Part shown: one piece after another, positions 41,000 through 55,900 of the stretch
How the letters are laid out: every line of letters starts with the position of its first letter
Numbering within the stretch: position 1 is the first letter of the stretch
Assembly (NCBI GenBank): GCA_964016885.1
Contig: OZ024741.1
Coordinates: forward strand, 5,890,001-5,954,000
Direction of reading: 5' to 3'
Length of the DNA stretch: 64,000 nucleotides
Origin: Eledone cirrhosa
Lineage: Eukaryota
Position numbers and translations under genes: made by a program
The notes under the pieces: generated by a model
The model's database searches: none
The model's input: the letters and a program-made list of their open reading frames with translations, nothing else
What the model was told of the DNA's origin: nothing

Positions 41000-43900
41000 T
41001 ACACAATATCTCAGTTGTGAAGGTCTTACTAACATGTCACCCCTAATAATAATTACCTCACAGAGTATCTCAGCTGTGAAGGTCTTACTAACATGTCAGC
41101 CCTAACAATAATTACATCACAGAATATCTCAGCTGTGAAGGTCTTACTAACATGTCACCCCTAACACTAATTACATCACAGAATATCTCAGCTGTGAAGG
41201 TCTTACTAACATATCATCCCTAACACTAATTACCTAACAGAATATCTCAGCTGTGAAGGTCTTACTAACATGTCACCCCTAACACTAATTATCTCACAGA
41301 ATATCTCAGCTGTGAGGGTCTTACTAACATATCATCCCTAACAGTAATTACCTAACAGAATATCTCAGCTGTGAAGGTCTTAGTAACATGTCATACCTAA
41401 CACTAATTACCTCACAGAATATCTCAGCTGTGAAGGTCTTACTAACATGTCACCCCTAACACTAATTACCTCAGAGAATATCTCAGCTGTGAAGGTCTTA
41501 CTAACATGTTACCCCTAACACTAATTACCTCACAGAATATCTCAGCTGTGAAGGTCTTACTAACATGTCACCCCTAACACTAATTACCTCACAGAATATC
41601 TCAGCTGTGAAGGTCTTACTAACATGTCACCCCTAACACTAATTACCTCAGAGAATATCTCAGCTGTGAAGGTCTTACTAACATGTCACCCCTAACACTA
41701 ATTACCTAACAGAATATCTCAGATGTGAAGGTCTTACTAACATGTCACCCCTAACACTAATTACCTCACAGAATATCTCAGCTGTGAAGGTCTTACTAAC
41801 ATGTCACCCCTAACACTAATTAACTCAGAGAATATCTCAGCTGTGAAGGTCTTACTAACATGTCACCCCTAACACTAATTATCTCACACAATATCTCAGC
41901 TGTGACGGTTTTACTAACATGTCACCCTTAACATTAATTACCTCACAGAATATCTCAGTTGTGAAGGTCTTACTAACATGTCACCCCTAACACTAATTAC
42001 CTCACAGAATATCTGAGTTGTGAAGGTCTTACTAACATGTTACCCCTAACACTAATTACCTCAGAGAATATCTCAGCTGTGAAGGTCTTACTAACATGTC
42101 ACCCCTAACACTAATTACCTCACACAATATCTCAGTTGTGAAGGTCTTACTAACATGTCACCCCTAACACTAATTACATCACAGAATATCTCAGCTGTGA
42201 AGGTCTAATTAACATGTCACCCCTAACACTAATTACCTCACACAATATCTCAGATGTGAAGGTCTTACTAACATGTCACCCCTAACACTAATTATCTCAC
42301 AGAATATCTCAGCTGTGAAGGTCTTACTAACATGTCACCCCTAACACTAATTACCTAACAGAATATCTCAACTGTGAAGGTCTTACTAACATGTCACCCC
42401 TAACACTAATTACCTAACTGAATATCTCAGCTGTGAGGGTCTTACTAACATGTCACCCCTAACACTAATTACCTCACACAATGTCTCAGCTGTGAAGGTG
42501 TTACTAACATGTCACCCCTAACACTAATTACCTCACAAAATATCTCAGTTGTGAAAGTCTTACTAACATGTCACCCCTAACACTAATTACATCACAGAAT
42601 ATCTTAATTGTGAAGGTCTTACTAACATGTCACCCCTAACACTAATTACATCACAGAATATCTCAATTGTGAATGTCTTATTAACATGTCACCCCTAACA
42701 CTAATTACCTCACACAATATCTCAGCTGTGAAGGTGTAATTAACATGTCACCCCTAACACTAATTACCTCACAGAATATCTCAACTCTGAAGGTCTTACT
42801 AACATGTCACCCCTAACATTAATTACCTCACAGAATATCTCAGCTTTGAAGGTCTTACTAACATGTCACCCCTAACACTAATTACATCACAGAATATCTC
42901 AGCTGTGAAGGTCTAATTAACTTGTCACCCCTAACACTAATTATCTCACAGAATATCTCAGCTGTGAGGGTCTTACTAACATGTCACCCCTAACACTAAT
43001 TACCTCACAGAATATCATAGCTGTGAAGGTCTTACTAACATGTCACCCGTAACACTAATTACATCACAGAATATCTCAGCTGTGAAGGTCTAATTAACAT
43101 GTCACCCCTAACACTAATTACCTCACACAATATCTCAGATGTGAAGGTCTTACTAACATGTCACCCCTAACACTAATTACCTCACAGAGTATCTTAGATG
43201 TGAAGGTCTTACTAACATGTCAGCCCTAACACTAATTACCTCACAGAATATCTCAGCTGTGAAGGTCTTACTAACATGTCACCCCTAACACTAATTACAT
43301 CACAGAATATCTCAGCTGTGAAGGTCTTACTAACATGTCACCCCTAACACTAATTACCTCACACAATATCTCAGTGGTGAAGGTCTTACTAACATGTCGC
43401 CCCTAACACTAATTATCTCACAGAATATCTCAGAGGTGAAGGTCTTACTAACATGTCACCCCTAACACTAATTACCACACACAATATCTCAGCTGTGAAG
43501 GTCTTACTAACATGTCACCCCTAACACTAATTATCTCACAGAATATCTCAGCTGTGAAGGTCTTACTAACATATCATCCCTAACAGTAATTACCTAACAG
43601 AATATCTCAGCTGTGAAGGTCTTAGTAACATGTCATCCCTAACACTAATTACCTCACAGAATATCTCAGCTGTGAAGGTCTTACTAACATGTCACCCCTA
43701 ACACTAATTACCTCAGAGAATATCTCAGCTGTGAAGGTCTTACTAACATGTCACCCCTAACACTAATTATCTCACACAATATCTCAGCTGTGACGGTCTT
43801 ACTAACATGTCACCCTTTACATTAATTACCTCACAGAATATCTCAGTTGTGAAGGTCTTACTAACATGTCACCCCTGACACTAATTACCTCACAGAATAT

Positions 43901-46900
43901 CTGAGTTGTGAAGGTCTTACTAACATGTCACCCCTAACACTAATTACCTCAGAGAATATCTCAGCTGTGAAGGTCTTACTAACATATCACCCCTAACACT
44001 AATTACATCACAGAATATCTCAGCTGTGAAGGTCTAATTAACATGTCACCCTTAACACTAATTACCTCACACAATATCTCAGATGTGAAGGTCTTACTAA
44101 CATGTCACCCCTAACACTAATTACCTCACAGAGTATCTTAGATGTGAAGGTCTTACTAACATGTCACCCCTAACACTAATTACCTCACAGAACATCATAG
44201 CTGTGAAAGGTCTTACTAACATCTCACCCCTAACACTAATTATCTCACAGAATATCTCAGCTGTGAAGGTCTAATTAACATGTCACCCCTAACACTAATT
44301 ACCTCACAGAATACCTCAGCTGTGAAGGTCTAATTAACATGTCACCGCTAACACTAATTACCTCACAGAATATCTCAGCTGTGAAGGTCTTACTAACATG
44401 TCACCCCTAACACTAATTACCTCACAGAATATCTCAGATGTGAAGGTCTTACTAACATGTCACCCCTAACACTAATTATCTCACAGAATATCTCAACTGT
44501 GAAGGTTTTACGAACATGTCATCCCTAACACTAATTACCTCACAAAATATATCAACTGTGAAGGTCTTACTAACATGTCACCTCTAACACTAATTACCTC
44601 ACAGAATATCTCAACTGTGAAGGTCTTACTAACATGTCACCCCTAACACTAATTATCTCACAGAATATCTCAGCTGTGAAGGTCTTACTAACATGTCACC
44701 CCTAACTCTAATTACCTCACAGAATATCTCAGCTGTGAAGGTCTTACTAACATATCACCCCTAACACTAATTACCTCACAGAATATTTCAGCTGTGAAGG
44801 TCTTACTAACATGTCACACCTAACACTAATTACATCACAGAATATCTCAGCTGTGAAGGTCTTACTAACATGTCACCCCTAACAATAATTACATCACAGA
44901 ATATTTCAGCTGTGAAGGTCTTACTAACATGTCACCCCTAACACTAATTACCTCACACAATATCTCAGTGGTGAAGGTCTTACTAACATGTCACCCCTAA
45001 CACTAATTATCTCACAGAATATCTGAGAGGTGAAGGTCTTACTAACATGTCACCCCTAACACTAATTACCTCACACAATATCTCAGCTGTGAAGGTCTTA
45101 CTAACACATCACCCCTAACACTAATATCTTACACAATATCTCAGTTGTGAAGGTCTTACTAACATGTCACCCCTAATAATAATTACCTCACAGAGTATCT
45201 CAGCTGTGAAGGTCTTACTAACATGTCACCCCTAACAATAATTACATCACAGAATATCTCAGCTGTGAAGGTCTTACTAACATGTCACCCCTAACACTAA
45301 TTACATCACAGAATATCTCAACTGTGAAGGTCTTACTAACATGTCACCCCTAACAATAATTACATCACAGAATATCTCAGCTGTGAAGGTCTTACTAACA
45401 TGTCACCCCTAACACTAATTACCTCACAGAATATCTCAGCTGTGAAGGTCTTACTAACATGTCACCCCTAACACTAATTACCTCACAGAATATCTCAGCT
45501 GTGAAGGTCTTACTAACATGTCACCCCTAACAATAATTACATCACAGAATATCTCAGCTGTGAAGGTCTTACTAACATGTCACCCCTAACAATAATTACA
45601 TCACAGAATATCTCAACTGTGAAGGTCTTACTAACATGTCACCCCTAACACTAATTACCTCACAGAATATCTCAGCTGTGAAGGTCTTACTAACATGTCA
45701 CCCCTAACAATAATTACATCACAGAATATCTCAGCTGTGAAGGTCTTACTAACATGTCACCCCTAACACTAATTACATCACAGAATATCTCAACTGTGAA
45801 GGTCTTACTAACATGTCACCCCTAACACTAATTACCTCACAGAATATCTCAGCTGTGAAGGTCTTACTAACATATCATCCCTAACACTAATTACCTAACA
45901 GAATATCTCAGCTGTGAAGGTCTTACTAACATGTCACCCCTAACACTAATTATCTCACAGAATATCTCAGCTGTGAAGGTCTTACTAACATATCATCCCT
46001 AACAGTAATTACCTAACAGAATATCTCAGCTGTGAAGGTCTTAGTAACATGTCACCCCTAACACTAGTTACCTCAGAGAATATCTCAGCTGTGAAGGTCT
46101 TACTAACATGTCACCCCTAACACTAGTTACCTCAGAGAATATCTCAGCTGTGAAGGTCTTACTAACATGTCACCCCTAACACTAATTACCTCACAGAATA
46201 TCTCAGCTGTGAAGGTCTTACTAACATGTCACCCCTAACACTAATTACCTCACAGAATATCTCAGCTGTGAAGGTCTTACTAACATGTCACCCCTAACAC
46301 TAATTACCTCAGAGAATATCTCAGCTGTGAAGGTCTTACTAACATGTCACCCCTAACACTAATTACCTAACAGAATATCTCAGATGTGAAGGTCTTACTA
46401 ACATGTCACCCCTAACACTAATTACCTCACAGAATATCTCAGCTGTGAAGGTCTTACTAACATGTCACCCCTAACACTAATTACCTCACAGAATATCTCA
46501 GCTGTGAAGGTCTTACTAACATGTTACCCCTAACACTAATTACCTCAGAGAATATCTCAGCTGTGAAGGTCTTACTAACATGTCACCCCTAACACTAATT
46601 ATCTCATACAATATCTCAGCTGTGAAGGTCTTACTAACATGTCACCCCTAACACTAATTACCTCACAGAATATCTCAGCTGTGAAGGTCTTACTAACATG
46701 TTACCCCTAACACTAATTACCTCACAGAATATCTCAGTTGTGAAGGTCTTACTAACATGTCACCCCTAACACTAATTACCTCACAGAATATCTGAGTTGT
46801 GAAGGTCTTACTAACATGTTACCCCTAACACTAATTACCTCAGAGAATATCTCAGCTGTGAAGGTCTTACTAACATGTCACCCCTAACACTAATTACCTC

Positions 46901-49900
46901 ACACAATATCTCAGTTGTGAAGGTCTTACTAACATGTCACCCCTAACACTAATTACATCACAGAATATCTCAGCTGTGAAGGTCTAATTAACATGTCACC
47001 CCTAACACTAATTACCTAACACAATATCTCAGATGTGAAGGTCTTACTAACATGTCACCCTAACACTAATTACCTCACAGAGTATCTTAGATGTGAAGGT
47101 CTTACTAACATGTCACCCCTAACACTAATTACCTCACAGAACATCATAGCTGTGAAAGGTCTTACTAACATCTCACCCCTAACACTAATTACCTCACAGA
47201 ATATCTCAACTGTGAAAGGTCTTACTAACATCTCACCCCTAACACTAATTATCTCACAGTATATCTCAGCTGTGAGGGCCTTACTAACATGTCACCCCTA
47301 ACACTAATTACCTCACAGAATATCATAGCTGTGAAGGTCTTACTAAGATGTCACCCCTAACACTAATTATCTCACAGAATATCTCAGCTGTGAAGGTCTT
47401 ACTAACATGTCACCCCTAACACTAATTACCTAACAGAATATCTCAACTGTGAAGGTCTTACTAACATGTCACACCTAACACTAATTACCTAACTGAATAT
47501 CTCAGCTGTGAGGGTCTTACTAACATGTCACCCCTAACACTAATTACCTAACAGAATATCTCAACTGTGAAGGTCTTACTAACATGTCACCCCTAACACT
47601 AATTATCTCACAGAATATCTCAGCTGTGATGGTCTTACTAACATGTGACCCCTAATACTAATTATCTCACAGAATATCTCAGATGTGAAGGTCTTAATAA
47701 CATGTCACCCCTAACACTAATTACCTCACAGAATATCTCAGTTGTGAAGGTCTTACTAACATGTCACCCCTAACACTAATTACCTCACAGAATATCTCAG
47801 ATGTGAAGGTCTTACTAACATGTGACCCCTAATACTAATTATCTCACAGAATATCTCAGATGTGAAGGTCTTACTAACATGTCACACCTAACACTAATTA
47901 CCTCACAGAATGTCTCAGCTGTGAAGGTCTTACTAACATGTCACCCCTAACTCTAATTACATCACAGAATATCTCAATTGTGAAGGTCTTATTAACATGT
48001 CACCCCTAACACTAATTACCTCACACAATATCTCAGCTGTGAAGGTGTAATTAACATGTCACCCCTAACACTAATTACCTCACAGAATATTTCAACTGTG
48101 AAAGGTCTTACATCTCACCCCTAACACTAATTATCTCACAGAATATCTCAGCTGTGAGGGTCTTACTAACATGTCACCCCTAACACTAATTACCTCACAG
48201 AATATCATAGCTGTGAAGGTCTTACTAACATGTCACCCCTAACACTAATTACATCACAGAATATCTCAGCTGTGATGGTCTAATTAACATTTCACCCCTA
48301 ACACTAATTACCTCACACAATATCTCAGATGTGAAGGTCTTACTAACATGTCACCCCTAACACTAATTACCTCACAGAGTATCTTAGATGTGAAGGTCTT
48401 ACTAACATGTCAGCCCTAACACTAATTACCTCACAGAATATCTCAGCTGTGAAGGTCTTACTAACATGTCACCCCTAACACTAATTACCTCACACAATAT
48501 CTCAGTTGTGAAGGTCTTAATAACATGTCACCCCTAACACTAATTACATCACAGAATATCTCAGCTGTGAAGGTCTTACTAACATGTCACCCCTAACACT
48601 AATTACCTCACACAATATCTCAGTGGTGAAGGTCTTACTAACATGTCACCCCTAACACTAATTATCTCACAGAATATCTCAGAGGTGAAGGTCTTACTAA
48701 CATGTCACCCCTAACACTAATTACCTCACACAATATCTCAGCTGTGAAGGTCTTACTAACATATCACCCCTAACACTAATATCTTACACAATATCTCAGT
48801 TGTGAAGGTCTTACTAACATGTCACCCCTAATAATAATTACCTCACAGAGTATCTCAGCTGTGAAGGTCTTACTAACATGTCAGCCCTAACACTAATTAC
48901 CTCACAGAATATGTCAGCTGTGAAGGTCTTACTAACATGTCACCCCTAACAATAATTACATCACAGAATATCTCAGCTGTGAAGGTCTTACTAACATGTC
49001 ACCCCTAACACTAATTACATCACAGAATATCTCAACTGTGAAGGTCTTACTAACATGTCACCCCTAACACTAATTACCTCACAGAATATCTCAGCTGTGA
49101 AGGTCTTACTAACATATCATCCCTAACACTAATTACCTAACAGAATATCTCAGCTGTGAAGGTCTTACTAACATGTCACCCCTAACACTAATTATCTCAG
49201 AGAATATCTCAGCTGTGAAGGTCTTACTAACATGTCACCCCTAACAGTAATTACCTAACAGAATATCTCAGCTGTGAAGGTCTTAGTAACATGTCATCCC
49301 TAACACTAATTACCTCACAGAATATCTCAGTTGTGAAGGTCTTACTAACATGTCACCCCTAACACTAGTTACCTCAGAGAATATCTCAGCTGTGAAGGTC
49401 TTACTAACATGTCACCCCTAACACTAATTACCTCACAGAATATCTCAGCTGTGAAGGTCTTACTAACATGTCACCCCTAACACTAATTACCTCACAGAAT
49501 ATCTCAGCTGTGAAGGTCTTACTAACATGTCACCCCTAACACTAATTACCTCAGAGAATATCTCAGCTGTGAAGGTCTTACTAACATGTCACCCCTAACA
49601 CTAATTACCTAACAGAATATCTCAGATGTGAAGGTCTTACTAACATGTCACCCCTAACACTAATTACCTCACAGAACATCTCAGCTGTGAAGGTCTTACT
49701 AACATGTCACCCCTAACACTAATTACCTCACAGAATATCTCAGCTGTGAAGGTCTTACTAACATGTCACCCCTAACACTAATTACCTCAGAGAATATCTC
49801 AGCTGTGAAGGTCTTACTAACATGTCACCCCTAACACTAATTATCTCACACAATATCTCAGCTGTGACGGTCTTACTAACATGTCACCCCTAACATTAAT

Positions 49901-52900
49901 TACCTCACAGAATATCTCAGTTGTGAAGGTCTTACTAACATGTCACCCCTAACACTAATTACCTCACAGAATATCTGAGTTGTGAAGGCCTTACTAACAT
50001 GTTACCCCTAACACTAATTACCTCAGAGAATATCTCAGCTGTGAAGGTCTTACTAACATGTCACCCCTAACACTAATTACCTCACACAATATCTCAGTTG
50101 TGAAGGTCTTACTAACATGTCACCCCTAACACTAATTACATCACAGAATATCTCAGCTGTGAAGGTCTAATTAACATGTCACCCCTAACACTAATTACCT
50201 CACACAATATCTCAGATGTGAAGGTCTTACTAACATGTCACCCTAACACTAATTACCTCACAGAGTATCTTAGATGTGAAGGTCTTACTAACATGTCACC
50301 CCTAACACTAATTACCTCACAGAACATCATAGCTGTGAAAGGTCTTACTAACATCTCACCCCTAACACTAATTACCTCACAGAATATCTCAACTGTGAAA
50401 GGTCTTACTAACATCTCACCCCTAACACTAATTATCTCACAGAATATCTCAGCTGTGAGGGCCTTACTAACATGTCACCCCTAACACTAATTACCTCACA
50501 GAATATCATAGCTGTGAAGGTCTTACTAACATGTCACCCCTAACACTAATTATCTCACAGAATATCTCAGCTGTGAAGGTCTTACTAACATGTCACCCCT
50601 AACACTAATTATCTCACAGAATATCTCAGCTGTGATGGTGTTACTAACATGTGACCCCTAATACTAATTATCTCACAGAATATCTCAGATGTGAAGGTCT
50701 TAATAACATGTCACCCCTAACACTAATTACCTCACAGAATATCTCAGTTGTGAAGGTCTTACTAACATGTCACCCCTAACAATAATTACGTCACAGAATA
50801 TCTCAGCTGTGAAGGTCTAATTAACATGTCACCCCTAACACTAATTACCTCACAGAATATCTCAGATGTGAAGGTCTTACTAACATGTCATCCCTAACAC
50901 TAATTACCTCACAAAATGTCTCAGCTGTGAAGGTCTTACTAACATGTCACCCCTAACACTAATTACCTCACAAAATATCTCAGTTGTGAAAGTCTTACTA
51001 ACATGTCACCCCTAACACTAATTACCTCAGAGAATATCTCAGCTGTGAAGGTCTTACTAACATGTCACCCCTAACACTAATTACATCACAGAATATCTTA
51101 ATTGTGAAGCTCTTACTAACATGTCACCCCTAAGACTAATTACATCACAGAATATCTCAATTGTGAAGGTCTTATTAACATGTCACCCGTAACACTAATT
51201 ACCTCACACAATATCTCAGCTGTGAAGGTCTTACTAACATCTCACCCCTAACACTAATTATCTCACAGAATATCTCAGCTGTGAGGGCCTTACTAACATG
51301 TCACCCCTAACACTAATTACCTCACAGAATATCATAGCTGTGAAGGTCTTACTAACATGTCACCCCTAACACTAATTATCTCACAGAATATCTCAGCTGT
51401 GAAGGTCTTACTAACATGTCACCCCTAACACTAATTACCTCACAGAATATCTCAGCTGTGAAGGTCTTACTAACATGTCACCACTAACACTAATTACCTC
51501 ACAGAATATCTCAGCTGTGAAGGTCTTACTAACATGTCACCCCTAACACTAATTACCTCACAGAATATCTCAGCTGTGAAGGTCTTACTAACATGTCACT
51601 CCTAACACTAATTACCTCAGAGAATATCTCAGCTGTGAAGGTCTTACTAACATGTCACCCCTAACACTAATTACCTCACAGAATATCTCAGCTGTGAAGG
51701 TCTTACTAACATGTCACCCCTAACACTAATTACCTCACAGAATATCTCAGCTGTGAAGGTCTTACTAACATGTCACCCCTAACACTAATTACCTCAGAGA
51801 ATATCTCAGATGTGAAGGTCTTACTAACATGTCACCCCTAACACTAATTACCTCAGAGAATATCTCAGCTGTGAAGGTCTTACTAACATGTCACCCCTAA
51901 CACTAATTACCTAACAGAATATCTCAGATGTGAAGGTCTTACTAACATGTCACCCTTAACACTAATTACCTCACAGAATATCTCAGCTGTGAAGGTCTTA
52001 CTAACATGTCACCCCTAACACTAATTACCTCACAGAATATCTGAGTTGTGAAGGTCTTACTAACATGTTACCCCTAACACTAATTACCTCAGAGAATATC
52101 TCAGCTGTGGAGGTCTTACTAACATGTCACCCCTAACACTAATTACCTCACACAATATCTCAGTTGTGAAGGTCTTACTAACATGTCACCCCTAACACTA
52201 ATTACATCACAGAATATTTCAGCTGTGAAGGTCTAATTAACATGTCACCCTTAACACTAATTACCTCACACAATATCTCAGATGTGAAGGTCTTACTAAC
52301 ATGTCACCCCTAACACTAATTACCTCACAGAGTATCTTAGATGTGAAGGTCTTACTAACATGTCACCCCTAACACTAATTACCTCACAGAACATCATAGC
52401 TGTGAAAGGTCTTACTAACATCTCACCCCTAACACTAATTATCTCACAGAATATCTCAGCTGTGAAGGTCTAATTAACATGTCACCCCTAACACTAATTA
52501 CCTCACAGAATATCTCAGCTGTGAAGGTCTAATTAACATGTCACCGCTAACACTAATTACTTCACAGAATATCTCAGCTGTGAAGGTCTTACTAAGATGT
52601 CACCTCTAACACTAATTACCTCACAGAATATCTCAGATGTGAAGGTTTTACTAACATGTCACCCCTAACACTAATTATCTCACAGAATATCTCAACTGTG
52701 AAGGTTTTACGAACATGTCATCCCTAACACTAATTACCTCACAGAATATATCAACTGTGAAGGTCTTACTAACATGTCACCTCTAACAGTAATTACCTCA
52801 CAGAATATCTCAACTGTGAAGGTCTTACTAACATGTCACCCCTAACACTAATTATCTCACAGAATATCTCAGCTGTGAAGGTCTTACTAACATGTCACCC

Positions 52901-55900
52901 CTAACTCTAATTACCTCACAGAATATCTCAGTGGTGAAGGTCTTACTAACATGTCACCCCTAACACTAATTATCTCACAGAATATCTCAGCTGTGAAGGT
53001 CTTACTAACATGTCACCCCTAACACTAATTACCTCACACAATATCTCAGCTGTGAAGGTCTTACTAACATATCACCCCTAACACTAATATCTTACACAAT
53101 ATCTCAGTTGTGAAGGTCTTACTAACATGTCACCCCTAATAATAATTACCTCACAGAGTATCTCAGCTGTGAAGGTCTTACTAACATGTCACCCCTAACA
53201 CTAATTACATCACAGAATATCTCAGCTGTGAAGGTCTTACTAACATGTCACCCCTAACAATAATTACATCACAGAATATCTCAGCTGTGAAGGTCTTACT
53301 AACATGTCACCCCTAACACTAATTACATCACAGAATATCTCAACTGTGAAGGTCTTACTAACATGTCACCCCTAACACTAATTACCTCACAGAATATCTC
53401 AGCTGTGAAGGTCTTACTAACATATCATCCCTAACACTAATTACCTAACAGAATATCTCAGCTGTGAAGGTCTTACTAACATGTCACCCCTAACACTAAT
53501 TATCTCACAGAATATCTCAGCTGTGAAGGTCTTACTAACATATCATCCCTAACAGTAATTACCTAACAGAATATCTCAGCTGTGAAGGTCTTAGTAACAT
53601 GTCATCCCTAACACTAATTACCTCACAGAATATCTCAGCTGTGAAGGTCTTACTAACATGTCACCCCTAACACTAATTACCTCAGAGAATATCTCAGCTG
53701 TGAAGGTCTTACTAACATGTCACCCCTAACACTAATTACCTCACAGAATATCTCAGCTGTGAAGGTCTTACTAACATGTCACCCCTAACACTAATTACCT
53801 CACAGAATATCTCAGCTGTGAAGGTCTTACTAACATGTCACCCCTAACACTAATTACCTCAGAGAATATCTCAGCTGTGAAGGTCTTACTAACATGTCAC
53901 CCCTAACACTAATTACCTAACAGAATATCTCAGATGTGAAGGTCTTACTAACATGTCACCCCTAACACTAATTACCTCACAGAATATCTCAGCTGTGAAG
54001 GTCTTACTAACATGTCACCCCTAACACTAATTACCTCAGAGAATATCTCAGCTGTGAAGGTCTTACTAAGATGTCACCCCTAACACTAATTATCTCACAC
54101 AATATCTCAGCTGTGACGGTCTTACTAACATGTCACTCTTAACATTAATTACCTCACAGAATATCTCAGTTGTGAAGGTCTTACTAACATGTCACCCCTA
54201 ACACTAATTACCTCACAGAATATCTGAGTTGTGAAGGTCTTACTAACATGTTACCCCTAACACTAATTACCTCACAGAATATCTCAGCTGTGAAGGTCTT
54301 ACTAACATGTCACCCCTAACACTAATTACCTCACACAATATCTCAGTTGTGAAGGTCTTACTAACATGTCAGCCCTAACACTAATTACATCACAGAATAT
54401 CTCAGCTGTGAAGGTCTAATTAACATGTCACCCCTAACACTAATTACCTCACACAATATCTCAGATGTGAAGGTCTTACTAACATGTCACCCCTAACACT
54501 AATTACCTCACAGAGTATCTTAGATGTGAAGGTCTTACTAACATGTCACCCCTAACACTAATTACCTCACAGAACATCATAGCTGTGAAAGGTCTTACTA
54601 ACATCTCACCCCTAACACTAATTACCTCACAGAATATCTCAACTGTGAAAGGTCTTACTAACATCTCACCCCTAACACTAATTATCTCACAGAATATCTC
54701 AGCTGTGAGGGCCTTACTAACATGTCACCCCTAACACTAATTACCTCACAGAATATCATAGCTGTGAAGGTCTTACTAACATGTCACCCCTAACACTAAT
54801 TATCTCACAGAATATCTCAGCTGTGAAGGTCTTACTAACATGTCACCCCTAACACTAATTACCTAACAGAATATCTCAACTGTGAAGGTCTTACTAACAT
54901 GTCACCCCTAACACTAATTACCTAACTGAATATCTCAGCTGTGAGGGTCTTACTAACATGTCACCCCTAACACTAATTACCTAACAGAATATCTCAACTG
55001 TGAAGGTCTTACTAACATGTCACCCCTAACACTAATTATCTCACAGAATATCTCAGCTGTGATGGTCTTACTAACATGTGACCCCTAATACTAATTATCT
55101 CACAGAATATCTCAGATGTGAAGGTCTTAATAACATGTCACCCCTAACACTAATTACCTCACAGAATATCTCAGTTGTGAAGGTCTTACTAACATGTCAC
55201 CCCTAACAATAATTACGTCACAGAATATCTCAGCTGTGAAGGTCTAATTAACATGTCACCCCTAACACTAATTACCTCACAGAATATCTCAGATGTGAAG
55301 GTCTTACTAACATGTCATCCCTAACACTAATTACCTCACAAAATGTCTCAGCTGTGAAGGTCTTACTAACATGTCACCCCTAACACTAATTATCTCACAG
55401 AATATCTCAGAGGTGAAGGTCTTACTAACATGTCACCCCTAACACTAATTACCTCAGAGAATATCTCAGCTGTGAAGGTCTTACTAACATGTCACCCCTA
55501 ACACTAATTACCTCACACAATATCTCAGCTGTGAAGGTCTTACTAACATATCACCCCTAACACTAATTACCTCACAGAATATCTGAGTTGTGAAGGTCTT
55601 ACTAACATGTCACCCCTAACACTAATTACCTCACAGAATATCTCAGCTGTGAAGGTCTTACTAACATGTCACCCCTAACACTAATTACCTAACAGAATAT
55701 CTCAGATGTGAAGGTCTTACTAACATATCATCCCTAACACTAATTACCTAACAGAATATCTCAGCTGTGAAGGTCTTACTAACATGTCACCCCTAACACT
55801 AATTATCTCACAGAATATTTCAGCTGTGAAGGTCTTACTAACATATCATCCCTAACAGTAATTACCTAACAGAATATCTCAGCTGTGAAGGTCTTAGTAA

